A DNA stretch of 64,000 nucleotides, taken from Lepidodermella squamata. Taxonomy: Eukaryota; Animalia; Gastrotricha. Where the stretch lies: positions 682,001-746,000 of the forward strand of contig JBLDXI010000012.1 in NCBI GenBank assembly GCA_047495785.1, in the 5' to 3' direction. The notes under the pieces were generated by a model that saw only the letters and a list, made by a program, of their open reading frames with translations, was not told the origin of the DNA and did not search any database. Each line of letters starts with the position of its first letter. The stretch's first letter is position 1. Position numbers and translations under genes: made by a program. Shown piece after piece: positions 1 to 12,769 of this stretch.

Positions 1-784
1 GCTGTCACCTACGAATCACACTATTAACTGAATGCACTGCTCTATAGGCTGTTGTGTGACAACTTGCAAGATCATTCTTCTTATGCTGTCTTCATCTTTT
101 TCTTGTTGTCACTCTGCTAGGCTACGAGTATTATTCTGCTCGGCTTTTTACTCGAATATTATCACCAACACTAATTATTTCGTTTATACTAACTACCTGC
201 CCTGGTCATATCGTCTCTCTATTCAGCCTTTTGGAATCGATCAAGTGTGATTTTTGTTCTTGTTTGTAATAAGTACTTTAGCACCACGTTTTAAGGTGGG
301 CTCGCACTTCGATGATGATGATTTGATTCGATTATTGTCTGATCTGCATGACTGACATTCATTTATCCACTACCCTACCCTGCTTTGTTTTCGTGAAAAC
401 TTGGCTGAGGTTTGAGGACGGTTTCCTGTTGCTCCGCGTGGTCCTGTTGGCGATTACTTATTTGAGTTTGATATAGCTCCGCCTCTTATTAGATGCTACA
501 TAAACCAATTATTGTATGATTGTGTCAGTATGTTATTCCACTCATATATGAACACCAATATATGATAAAATGAATACTATATAAAAAGAATATATACAAC
601 AACATCAACTGTTCGTTTTAGTATTTCTCGTGTCTTGTTCTATTTAGCGCCATGTAATAAAATTAAAAATTAATCCTCTTGCAACGCTTTTTTAATCCGT
701 TATATTTGCACCCAATGACAGAACGTGTTTTGCCTTTGCTATTTAGTACCCATACTAAAACAGTTGATCAAAGCATTAACACAA

Positions 785-1607
785 ATGGAGACCGATCAAT
801 ACCAGGTCGTGGTTCTTCGTGAAGGCTTCTCCTCGATGGATGAACGAGGTAAGTCTCTTGAAGAAATCGATCTGTCAAAATGCTTATGAAATTGTATTCA
901 GGCCGATGCAAAGCAAACGGCACAATGACGTTGATTCGAGGCAGAGGGCGCAACATAATCGTTGATACCGGCAGTCCTACTGATAGAGATATTCTTCTGC
1001 AAGGTTGGCTGCAATAATGCCGCAAATGAGGTTTCAAAATAACGTCATTTTTGTTAGCTTTGGCTAATCACAGCCTCACTCCGGACGATATTACCTACTG
1101 CATTACCACGCACGGCCATCCTGATCACTGTGGTAACATCAATCTGTTTACCAATGCGCAACATGTCTTTGGATATCACGTTTTTCGTGGAGAAATTTAC
1201 GTGGCTCATGATTTCATTGAGGTATTGCCCAAAAATGACATGAAATTAATTAAAGAAATGATAAATCAATCTGTTAGGGTATTCCCTATGAAATCGACAA
1301 TGACGACTTGTATGTGATTGCCACTCCGGGCCACTGCCTAGACGACGTCTCTGTCATTGTGAGGAACACACCCGATGGAACAGTCTGTGTCGCTGGCGAC
1401 CTTTTCGAACGTGAGGAAGATATTGTAGTGTCTCCCGAGCTGTGGCGTCGCAATTCGGGAAATGCTGAAATGCAAGCATTGAGCCGAGCTCGAATTCTTT
1501 CCCTTGCCGATGTGATCATTCCGGGCCATGGGCCGGCTTTTTATGTCAGAGACGAGCACCGAAAAATCGCCGAGTCTGACACTATTGCAGAAGAATGTTC
1601 GCCTTGA
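785..1607 (+). CDS. MBLAC1: Metallo-beta-lactamase domain-containing protein 1 (4 exons, approx. 785-848, 902-1003, 1058-1221, 1278-1607)
   Basis: Spliced product METDQYQVVVLREGFSS..KANGTMTLIRG..IIVDTG..THGHPDHCGNINLF..ATPGH..VAGDLFE..IIPGHG. Contains the HxHxDH metallo-beta-lactamase motif in an MBLAC1-type context; short GT-AG introns. Confidence 0.85.
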
Positions 1608-1946
1608 GTCAATCTAACAACAACTTCCAAAAAAAACTTGAAGACATAAAATTCAAAAATGTGCTGCAGCAACTTAAATAAGCGTTGTTAAAAAATTGCG
1701 TTATTTAAAAATTGCTGCTGACATGATTGTAGAGCGCCTGGTGACGGTGGTTTTACGGCTCAATTTGTCAACTTGAAACCATGTCAGCTCTAAGCTTTTT
1801 TCAATTTCTTTTCCTCATTTTCATCGCAGAGAACCGTTGGTGATATATGTAAAGTTGAGTTCTCTAGTCTCCAGGAACCCAAGATTAATAGATTTCATTT
1901 TTTGATCCTACGTATTTTTTTATTTGATTTAGAATTTATCAATAAA

Positions 1947-2552
1947 ATGACGGCCGAAGTTGTTGACAAAATCCGACTACCTTCAGATTCAAACGACGAG
2001 CCGCTACTCAACGGCCAGCCATGCCCGCGTGACCGCCTGTTATTTTCGTACTTGTCCCTTCTAAATGACATAGTATCGATTCGCGAAGACATGCGCCGCA
2101 CATTTGAAGAAGGTTTCATACAACTCGCCAAGTCGAAGACACTCATGGGTTCTGCATCACTAGGTAAGCATTCTCTCAGTGAATGTTGGCTAAATTTACC
2201 TATTTGTGTAATTTTAGAATTCGATCAATTACGAACTGAATCGCTTGAAAGTGCGATCACTTTCGAGGTTCGTTCCTCCGAGTCGATGTCTGACGTGGTC
2301 GGCGACTCGGTGAAGTCCGTAATTTTATCGCCTCAAGTCGACCAAACGGTGCTGCGGTCTGTTCTGGGCCGCGTCTGCGTTCTAGCTCCGTCTTCTCTGC
2401 GCACCGCACAAAATTGCTTCCGTCGAAACGCCGAGCTTCTCTCCGATCTCCACAATGCCTACGCCCGCCTGTCTTGCGTCTCCAATGCTTTCCAGGGCCA
2501 GCCTTGCAATTGTGATCACGAATTTTGTCAAAATTTGAAAGTTGAAAGCTAA
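1947..2552 (+). CDS. CCDC115: V-ATPase assembly factor CCDC115/Vma22-like (probable in-frame intron 2164-2217)
   Basis: DRLLFSYLSLL..EEGFIQLAKSKTLMG and ..VLAPSSLRTAQNCFRRNAELL resemble the two conserved blocks of the Vma22/CCDC115 family. A gtaag...ttttag 54-nt intron lies between them. Confidence 0.75.
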   Translation: MTAEVVDKIRLPSDSNDEPLLNGQPCPRDRLLFSYLSLLNDIVSIREDMRRTFEEGFIQLAKSKTLMGSASLGKHSLSECWLNLPICVILEFDQLRTESLESAITFEVRSSESMSDVVGDSVKSVILSPQVDQTVLRSVLGRVCVLAPSSLRTAQNCFRRNAELLSDLHNAYARLSCVSNAFQGQPCNCDHEFCQNLKVES

Positions 2553-2716
2553 TAATAGTATTACGAGTGCTTTAATCAACGTTCACTTTCGCTTCAAAGT
2601 GCAATTTCTATCGTTTATGTTGTTCATCTGTTAGATGTTAATTTCGACGAACGAAACAATCTTTTATCTAAATTTCTACGTTTATTTTTAGATTTTATAT
2701 AGATTGTTGTTTTACT

Positions 2717-4179
2717 ATGTCTCTCCTACGGTCGGCTACGGGGTCGACTCGTTCGTTGTTGAAGGGTATTTTCGGCTCGAAATGCACATGTGCTGAACCT
2801 CTAGCTGCTATGGCGACGATTTTGCAACAACGGCGTAACTTGATGATTCAAGAACACATGGCCATGCGTTTGCTCGAAGAGCATGACATCCCGATACCTC
2901 GTTTTCAACTCGCTCGAACGCCCGAGGAGGCCGAAGCCTCCGCGAGACAGCTTACCAGAGTAACGAAATCGACTGATACTGTGGTGAAAGCCCAAGTTTT
3001 GGCCGGCGGGCGTGGTAAGGGTCATTTCAGCAGTGGTCTCAAGGGCGGTGTAAAGGTGGTCTTCAGCCCGGAGGAGGCGAAGGCTTTAGCTTCGAAAATG
3101 ATCGGCCACCGTATTTTCACTAAGCAGACTGGCAAGGAGGGTCGGCCCTGCAACGACGTAATGATGCAGCAACGTCTATACTCTCGGCGTGAAACCTTTT
3201 TCGCCATCACTATGGACCGGGCTCTTCAAGGCCCGGTTATGATTGCCTGTGCTTCCGGTGGTGGGAATATTGAAGAATTGGCGATTGAAAATCCCGACAT
3301 GTTGCTGCGAGAGCCTATCGATATGGCGACTGGCATCAAGCAGGAACAGGCGAAGAAAGTGGCGCAGTTTCTCGGCTTCCCGGAGGCTGTGCACGAGCAG
3401 GTCGCTGCGATTGCCACGAAATTGTACGATATGTACATGAAGTACGACTGCACCCTGCTGGAAATTAACCCGTTGGCCGAGGATAATACTGGCAAGGTCT
3501 ACTGTATGGATTGCAAAATCAATTTCGACGATAACGCCAAATTCCGCCAGCGTCAGATTTTCGCCCTCCAAGATTGGAGCCAGGAGGACGACCGCGACTC
3601 TCGCGCCGCTCAGGCCGATTTGAATTACATCGGCCTCGACGGTTCTATCGGCTGCCTGGGTAAGGAATAATCGCTATTTTAAAAATTCCTCCTTAAAATT
3701 TGCAAAATTTTATAATAAAAAAATATATTTTTAAATTTTTTACAGTTAATGGTGCTGGTTTGGCTATGGCGACAATGGATATCATCAAGCTTCACAACGG
3801 CGAGCCTGCCAACTTCTTGGACGTAGGCGGCAGTGCGACGGAGGATCAAGTGACGGAAGCTTTCAAACTGATCACCTCCGACCGTCGCGTCAACGCGATT
3901 ATGGTCAACATTTTCGGCGGCATCATGCGTTGTGACGTCATCGCAAAGGGCATCGTGCACGCCGCGCGCATGCTCCACATCAACGTGCCAATCGTTGTGC
4001 GCCTCCAGGGCACCCGGGTCGAGGACGCGAAAGCCGTGATCGCCGACAGCGGTCTGCGCATCCTGTCGTGTGACGATCTGGACGACGCGGCTCGCTTGTG
4101 CGTGAAACTCGCCAACATCGTCGCCCTCGCCAAGGAAGCGTCGATCGACGTCAAATTCGAAATGCCGACGCACCTTTGA
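2717..4179 (+). CDS. SUCLA2: Succinyl-CoA ligase beta subunit, mitochondrial, probably ADP-forming (exons 2717-3659, 3746-4179)
   Basis: Arg/Ser-rich presequence ending QQRRNL; motifs [31 protein letters not shown]^[38 protein letters not shown]. Confidence 0.95.
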
Positions 4180-4679
4180 ACGCACGCGAATCTAGGTTAT
4201 ATTGGCACCAGTAGTTTTTTTTAGCAATCAACTCTCCTTGACCTAAACTTACAACTTCGACATAACACTGCGAGCGGTCGGAAATTCGGACCCGGAACGA
4301 CGCCTCATGCACGTTATCTTTGTTGCTTATTTTTTCGTTTTTATCGAGACTTTAAAAAAACGTACCAGTGAAGACCGTCCCAAAATACCCGCTTGAATTG
4401 TGAGGCATGTTTCTGTCTAATCAAACGATGAATGCATTTTGATTTTCTCCGTGATCGGAGAGCATGTTTGTATTATAAGATCGATAATAATATAATTTTA
4501 GTAGTGCCGTGTTCAAATTTTTCACCCAGTGTTACATCAATGCCTGCCTCTACTATATCATTCGTACATATATTTATTATACTATCTGATCGAAAGAAAT
4601 TATCCGTACGTTTTTCGTTCAAAAAATGTTGGAAATAAAAGGAGAAATATTGTTGAGCGGAAAAATCGCGTCTTTGTTT

Positions 4680-7611
4680 TCACTCGAGTTCGTAATTTTG
4701 ATGCTTCAGCTTTTCGTTGACGCTTCGACTCAGATTTGATCGGGTTGAATCCGATAGACAAACGCCGCTGGTAAACTGATCGATCACCGAAGAAATCAGA
4801 GCCGTAGCTCGTTGGCGATGGTTTTCAGAGCTATTTGGGCTCAGAGATTTCCGACTGAAACTTTTCTTGAAGAAAGACTTTTTCTCCTTTTTGGCCGGGG
4901 TGTTAGAGGGATGATCGAGTAGAAAAGGAAGCATCAGGTCGATGCAAAGCCGGCAGCTCTCGATTACTCGTTGCTCCTCGCCGTTCTGTTTCAATTTGGT
5001 CGTCGGAGTTAGAGATAACACATCAGCGAGAACCTCCATCGAATAGCCGGGTTCTTTGTAGATTTGAGGCTTAAATTCAAAATATTAAAACGCAATATCC
5101 GTTCAACGTAACGAACATACCTCCTGATCGCTGTAATAGGCCGCCAATTCAGCTGCATTGAAACGGCCGAGCCATGACAGCCAGAAATCCTCGTTCCACC
5201 AGGCTTCCAGTGATTTTAGACGATGATGCAGATATTGCGGTTTTTCCATTGGCGACGGGCGATATGATATGTTGGAAACGGCAGCTAGAAGCGCGAATGC
5301 AATGCCATTTTCATCCGACCGAGGCTCTTTCTCGGTTAATTTGCTGATCAGCCCGATCAGATACTCGAAGTTTGCTTGGTTAATGCGGCCGTTATTAGTC
5401 AGTGACCTGCGCGAAAGTTCAGCGCAAAAATCGCGACGAATCGTCGGCGAATCCAGCTTAAAAAAAAGTGAAATGTATTGCAAGAATTTATAGAAGATTT
5501 AAAACCTACCAGTATCGAGTCCAATAATCGCTTGTCATTGTTACTGATAGGATCACCCTTTTCGTTGAAAAGGCGGTCAAATTGAGTCGTAAGGAGCCTC
5601 ACAATAGGACTAGGGGCCTGCGACATCATTAAATCGACTATTCGGCAATTGCTACAAAAAGTTCAATGAGAGATTTAGTAGTCTTACCTGGTACTCGACG
5701 TTGAAGACCTCCGCCAACATCGACTCCGATAACAGCGTTGGTGTAGTCAACTTCTTGTTCTTGTTCGAGGAAATCGACAATTTCCAAGCAGTTCGGCTTG
5801 GGAAACTGGAGGAGGGCTGAAGCCGACGTTGACAACAGCGCTAGAAGCAGTTCGCGTTTGTCAGCCGAGTCGCTGTCTACATAGATAAAAGAATAAAATC
5901 GAATAATTTTCACAAATATAATCACCATCTAGACTGGAAACGGTATCCAAGACAAGTAATCGTTGAGAAATAACGCTCAGTGAATTCTCGGAGCCTTTAG
6001 CGACAAGTTCGTCGAACAAGTCTACCTCGCGAAAAGGATGCCATCTTTCCTATATTTCAAACGCATGTGGCTGGTTCCAGGGTTTACAATAAAATAGTAA
6101 CAAACGATGAAAAATTGATTGAAAAAGCTATCCAATAGCTTAATTGTCAGGCTTTTTTTATCGTTGATCTTCAAGCCGTGTTCGCCCAAAAAGTGGGAGA
6201 CATCGAAGTAGACTCGTGGTTGCGGGAAAAACCTGACTGCAATCATGGATCGCCGATAACGGCTGAACATCAACGCGTACAGTCGCAGAAAGCATGCTCG
6301 TAATCGCATCTCGATTCGCTTCGAACGCGAATCGATGCGAGATAGCCCCGTCCAGTCCGCGATGAATTCATCAGAAGTGAAAACCGAGTTCAAATCCTGC
6401 CAGAAAATTACAATAAATGGAACATAAATGATAGCGGGAACCTACACTGAGTAACTGTTCCCCCAGCATGCCGTCAAAATTAAGGTAGTCTTCGAGAGCT
6501 GAAGTTGAATAAATTCATAAAAAATGCATCGAGTTTCCTTCTATCGAAATCTGACCTGATTGCGGAATTTTTACACTTCGTTTTTCAAGATCCACCAGAA
6601 CGATACCGTTACGATCGAAAACTGAATCGGAACCAGCAGGGGCATCTGTTGGCAGGTAACTCGTACCTATGCAAAAAATCGTCGGGGCTTCCAGAAGATC
6701 ATCCAACACTCGACGGCCTACAGCTGGGGCGTAAACGTAATTGTAAGGGAACGGCCAGAGCAGTGCCATGAGCGACTCGCAGCACATCGTAACCAGCGCG
6801 AGGTCCAGGCCATAAATCACCACTTTCATTTCGTTGAGCAAGCAGCGCACGACTTCGACGACAAAATTCACGCCGAGCAGGTGAAACAGGCGATAGACGC
6901 CGAGATTCGTTCGAGGGAACGACATTGGTGCATGGGCTTGGATGGGTATCGAATGGCCGAAACCGAAATCAATCTGGCGATAACGGCCTGGCATCGGAAC
7001 TCGCATGTTGTTGACCAACAGTGCGATAGCTCGATTCAGATAGCTCACATTGGCTCGTTCAATCATGAATTTCGAATAGAAGAATTCTTACAAAATTTCA
7101 AATAAAAAAGATATTGATTAACTAACACAAAATTATCTTTCTTACCAAGACACTGTTTGAAGAAGTCAGATAAGTTCAGCTTCGACAAAAATACCAAAAA
7201 TTTCGGCACGAAAATGTGTGAATTGAAGCTGATACTTCGCTCGACTTGATGAGCCTCGTGGAACGTCAAAAATGAAACGTGAATCTTCCTGCCTTCAGGC
7301 ATCGTTGTTAGGGTAATCGCGTGGAATGAAGGTGGATCAGGAGCGTCACTTGCACGGTAACCATCACGTCTGCAAAATTCCATCTTAATCAAGCTAGTGA
7401 TTGCCTTAGTCAGCCTATTGGCCTCTGGATCGCTATCGTCATCAGGCGGCGGCGGTGGTGGGTATTGGAAGAGAACTTCGGGATCTACAAGCTCAGCGCC
7501 TGGGCCGAGTTTTTCGTCGCATTCTCTCGGGTTGAGCTTGTAATAATACCCAACGATAGCAAACGCATCAGCTACAAACGGCTCGGTTAGAATCGAGCTT
7601 TGAAGACTCAT
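4680..7611 (-). CDS. Divergent SBF1/SBF2 (MTMR5/13)-like protein A: uDENN-cDENN-dDENN plus SBF2 domain only; multi-exon
   Basis: VADAFAIVGY..FCRRDGY..PPSFHAITLT (uDENN); CCESLMALLWPFPYNYVYAP..LLEAPTIFCIG..VLVDLE (cDENN); RLRACFLRLYALMFSRYR..VRFFPQPRVYFDVSHFLGEHGL (SBF-type dDENN); SDENGIAFALL..WWNEDFW (SBF2 domain). Internal exon borders are approximate. Confidence 0.75.
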
Positions 7612-8478
7612 GTTCAATAGTTTCTTATAGCAAAAGCTATGAAAAAGCTGGCTGATAATTTGGATCTGCTAGTTTTAATCGCGTGTTCTTTCAGAGCTGC
7701 CACGCGTCCGGCTTTTGGCAAGACTTGGAAAATCAGCAATGAAACAGCGACGTTTTTGCTTGTAATAACAACATAAATAATGAACAGGGTGAAATTGCCT
7801 ACAATAAAACTAGGCGCCGACTAGGTCACCAGGCGTTATATGAGGTGTAATTACACTTCGTCACTCGTTTCTTGTTTTCACCTGTCGGCCTTTTTGATCA
7901 TCAATATTAATAATATTTTTTGCCGATTTTCCATTCATCATTTCAGGTCTTAATTTACCACGCGAACTATAGCCTCTGAGACAATAATATGGCTGGTAGG
8001 TATTGGATGTTGCTTGGTGCGGTGTCACTTTCTTTGTGTTGATACAAATGGCCTGCGAAAATATTATTACCTGAGAAATGAGTGACTAAATTTAGCTCGG
8101 AAAATAGTTGTGTGTGCTGTAGACCCCGTCGCCGCCGGATAATGATGCTATATTTAAGCGCCGCGCGTCATTGTAAATGGTTTGTGGCAACACAATATTC
8201 AAATTGTGTACGACGCATTTCGGCCGAGCCCGGTGATGAGCGTGCGATTGTTATTATAGGTAGCGGCATATAGGTAGCTCTAGCACGCTTTCTGCGATCG
8301 AGTCGCAAGCATGTCGGCCTTTGTTGTTGTTTTTGTTATGTGTTGAAATTTCGATATAACATTGTCGCTGGAAATATAAAGTGAACAGCGCTGCGCCATG
8401 TACGACATGCCTTCACATATTATATAAAATTGCCACTGCGAATTTTTATTTAAAAAGTTTTGCCTCAACTAGAAAATT

Positions 8479-11463
8479 ATGAGTTGTTTGAGTAGCTCAG
8501 GGCGCTTAGCCCGGGCTTTTGCGATTATTGGCTTCGAAGACGATAAATTGCGCTCTGCTTTGGAATTTAACATCGGCTCAGCTGATCGGGACGATTTGGC
8601 TAGCGTGGTCCATCCTAATGTTGTTTTTCTCTATCCAAACGAAGAGGCAGATGAAATGCAACCGGTACTTGACACTATCATTGAAACGCGATTCAGCCGG
8701 CCTTATGGCTATCAAGTGCTTGAGTCGCCGAAAAACCCCGATTTCCACACAATTCGTCTAACCGACCGAAAATGCCGGGTAACTTACGTTTCGATCTTCA
8801 CGTTTTACGAAGCTGCTTCAGATGGAAAGAGCTCGGCATATATTCCCAAATTTCTAGCAATAATTTCCGATGTGCAAATGTCAGATTTATTTCGAACTTG
8901 TTTGAGTACGTTATTTTTTAAAGTTAAAACTTGCGACCTTCAATAATTTACGTTTCAGGACTTATTTACGAAAAAATGGCGTTGGAACAAGCTGATATCG
9001 ATTTCCTTAACCACGCAATAGCCAACATTGTGCATTATAAACTTCCACCCGCTGGTTTTTCAAGCTCGCTCAGCCTCGGTTTTGGCGACCCGTTAACCGT
9101 TCATACCTCTAGCGCTAAATGCTTACCGAAAACGGGTCTTACTGTCAGTAATCTCGTCAGGGTCCTTGGCCCAGAAAACACGGCGAAGTCGTTCTTCTGC
9201 TTACTTCACCAACTGCAGATCACGATGTACTCGGCCGACGTCAGCTTCCTGACAGATTCCTGCGAAGCCCTGCTCGCGCTTTTATACCCCTTCGAATACT
9301 ATTTCATTTACGCCCCGGTTCAGACGAAACGTTGCTTGGAGCGGCATAAAATTCTCGAAAATCCGACTCCGTTTTTCGTCGGCATTTGCGAGCCTCCGGA
9401 AGAAGTTATTACTCCGGAAGTTGCCGAGCGGGTCGTGCTGATCGACCTTGATAAGCGGACTGTCCGCCTTCCCCCTACGTGTAAGACATTTTCAAATTGC
9501 GAAGTAGCATAAATTTATATCGTCTTTCTAGTTCCGGATGAGATAAAAGATATAGACACGAGGCTGTGCAATCAATTGGTAGACGACTTGCGAGCTGTGA
9601 TGCATTCGAGAGAATTTACGATGGCTCACCACGCCTTCGATACCAACTTGAAGTATTTGAACTTGATAGAGAAGCGGCTAAGGGCTTGTTTCTTGAAATT
9701 TCACGCCGCTCTGATCTGTGATTACCGGCAATCACTCTCGGCCGTTCGCTTCAATCCGAAGCCGAGAATATTCTTCGATAAAGCCCATTTCTTCGGACGA
9801 AGACGGCTACGTTATCAGCCGAATGGGACCTCGCAAAATAGCTTTTTGAGCAATTTTGTAGATATTTTTCTGGATCAGATTCTCAAGGTCAGTGAGCGTT
9901 TGCTCAGGATTTATTTTTAAAATATTTTTCGAACTTGTAGGATCGAAAACTACCTGTGCGAGAGGCTGATTTTTTCGACGAATTATGCGCGCTTTTATGC
10001 GGAATGACCGGCGAGAAAATCGACTCCATTCAACTTGTTGATGATATTGCTAAATATCTTATCGAAAATGACAAACTAGCAGGTTTGAAAGGCTTTAAAT
10101 TTTCTAACGTCATAATTTTGTTTTTATTATTAGTTTCGGAAAATAGTCCTCCGAACGTGGCCGAACGCTATTTAGCATGCCGGAAAACGCGCCCGTTTCC
10201 GTCTCCAAATCGAACCCGGATAGCGAAATTTTCTTACGAGATGAACTATCATATAAATAATCTAAGCTCCAGCTTCGTTCTTGTGTCACCCAATGCTTCG
10301 GGTGTTCACAATATCAGCACAGCTTCGAACAGCACGGTTACCCCGTCGCCTGCAGCGACCAGCCTACGACACGGCAGAATAATGGCTGGGACGAGGCCTC
10401 GGTTCAACGCCGAATCTCTGTCAAACAGCCAGATTGACGACCGAATGGCTATTTACGGTGCTTACATCGCATGCATTTTCGCTCGCGATCTTAAAAAGGC
10501 GAAATCGCTTATGACTGAAATCCCGCGAAAAATCGAGGCTGAAAGCGTTGAGGTTCGTCGACGAATCCCGCGGAAGCTTCATCAGTACTGCCGCAAGTTG
10601 ACGCAAGTGAACCACAAGCAGTTCTGGGCATTGGCTCAGCTGGTTCGGTGTTTGTTGATCCACGAATCGCCATGCGATGAAAACGGTATTGCAAGCTCGC
10701 TTATTCCTGTGCTTCAGAACATTCAAATGATCGAAAATCGGCGGTTCCTCTACACCACTGTTCAGGTAATATTCTTCAATAATTGGTTCCGTATATTATA
10801 ACAAGTTTCCCCTAGCGTCTTCCTGTATGGCGAAATGAGTATTTTTGGGTCGCTCTAGCTTGTCGTCACATTGCGGCTGACATCGCGGCTCGCTACGATA
10901 AGAGCAAGGAGATCAATCTTGACGACGAGCCGTGCCATTCAGTCGATGTTCTAGCCACATTTATGGAAAAAGAAGTGCCCAGCCGGCCTGATGATGAAGC
11001 TAGAGAAGAGGCTATAGCTGCAACATGGTGCAAACACTTTGCCGATGTCATGATCGCGTTTCTCATTGAATACGACACTTCTGATGAGAAACCGAACGCT
11101 AGCAATCGAGGCAAAGCTAACGATTCTGGCATTAGTATCGAAATGGAGGAGTACGCCTATGCCTTGAATGCTCGGCATCGCTCTGATGGCGTCTGCAGTC
11201 CTAGCGTTGAATATCACGTGAATTTCGCGGTCGAAGAGATGTGTAAAGAAGTCGACCTGCCCACTCCTTACCTGGAGGCTATGAAACTAGAAATTCCTGA
11301 CAAAATAACCGAGCAGCTACGCTATGTTAAAATGCTTCAGCGTGGCAGCAGCGAACCTCGTCAAACGCCATCATCAGGAGTTTGGCCTCAACAGGCTCTG
11401 CTGTCGGTGAAATCAAAGCGATCTCCCCTAATACTGAGCTGCAATAAACAAACCGGAAATTAA
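8479..11463 (+). CDS. Divergent SBF1/SBF2 (MTMR5/13)-like protein B: DENN module plus SBF2 domain only; multi-exon
   Basis: GRLARAFAIIGF (cf. the SBF N-terminus RLADYF), PDFHTIRLTD..FTFYE, SCEALLALLYPFEYYFIYAP, RLRACFLKFHA..VRFNPKPRIFFDKAHFFG, CDENGIASSLIP, VWRNEYFW, EEAIAATWCKHFADVMIAFL. Stop at 11463 followed by AATAAA near 11497. Confidence 0.78.
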
Positions 11464-11742
11464 TGAAAAAGAACTACCAATTTTGTACCTGAAAGTAATA
11501 AAATGATCGACAATTAAATAAATTTATTTGACAATTTACAAGAATCTTTCTTTGATGACCGATAAAGGAACCATGTTTCACTTTATTTAATAATCGAATA
11601 ATGATCAGCAAATATAAAATATAAACTTAAAAGCTTCGAATCAAAGCCCTCGTGAGTCATTAAAAGCCATGTTAAAATCGATGGAAATCAATCAATCAAA
11701 AAAATGAAATATTGAATAAAATAAGTAGTTCAAAAGTCAGGC

Positions 11743-12628
11743 CTAGTTCTTCTTTTCGTCCGCAGGTACTTCGAAAATGCCGCACATCAGATTGGCAGGA
11801 ACCGCTCGATCTAAAATGGCACAATTATTCGAATGTTAATAAAGTCAGTCAACTCTTACCGAATTGCTTCGGATACGGCAGGTTGAGGTTATTCATAATT
11901 TCAACGAACTGCTCTTTCGACTTGGTTAACCGGGGATTGAAGCGTTTCTCCTCGCGAACGCTCGTAACAGTACGACCCTTGTAGTCATGGGCCGGGTATA
12001 GCGAAGTATCGTCGGGTAAGCTGAGAATGTGGTCCCAAACGTTTTTGTACAGCATCTCCGGATGTCCTATTCGATCGAGCAATATATCATTTCAATAGTT
12101 TTCTAAATGGGTCCGAACCTTGTTGGAAATCTGTTCGACCACATCCTCTTATTAGCAAAGCATCCCCAGTGAAAGCCATTTTCGCTTCTTTCAGGTAATA
12201 GGTAACACAGCCGTCTGTATGGCCAGGCGTTTCACGAACCTCAAGACTCTAAAAACGATCAATTAGCCGCGAAAACTGAGCAGTTTGAGCAAACAAACAA
12301 ATTTTCCGAACGGAATTTTGTCATCGTGCGAGATTTGCCAATCGGCCTTTGCTTTAGCATTGGCGCTGATCACACTTTTACACGAAGGGTATCGCTGTTT
12401 CAATTTTCCAGTTCCAGTCACGTGGTCCGCGTGAAGGTGAGTATTCAAAGCATAAACCAGTTTCAATTCAAGCGAATCGATTTGCTCAGCATCACGCTCT
12501 TCCATCTCCATAACCGGATCAATGATAATTGCTTCGCGAGTGGTCATATCAGCGAGAAGGTAGGTGTAAGTTGACGACTCGCGCTCGAAAAGTTGACGAA
12601 ACAACAAATTTTCGCATGAAAGAGCCAT
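11743..12628 (-). CDS. ETHE1: Persulfide dioxygenase ETHE1 paralogue b, no N-terminal presequence (exons 12628-12299, 12248-12119, 12066-11860, 11810-11743)
   Basis: [78 protein letters not shown]. Confidence 0.93.
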
Positions 12629-12769
12629 TGAAGCAAGTAGAAAAAAATAAAATAAATTAAAACTTAAATCCTATCAATGAATTTAATAACGAATAAACGT
12701 TGAGCGAAAAAGAGGAAAATTCAACGGTTAATCATTCACCAACTGTCTGTAGATAAGTTACATTGACGT

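Noticed and set aside
1-600. Strand-asymmetric T-rich stretch, possible retroelement remnant
   Set aside because: Multiple stops in the frames examined and no RT, integrase or gag motif recognised.
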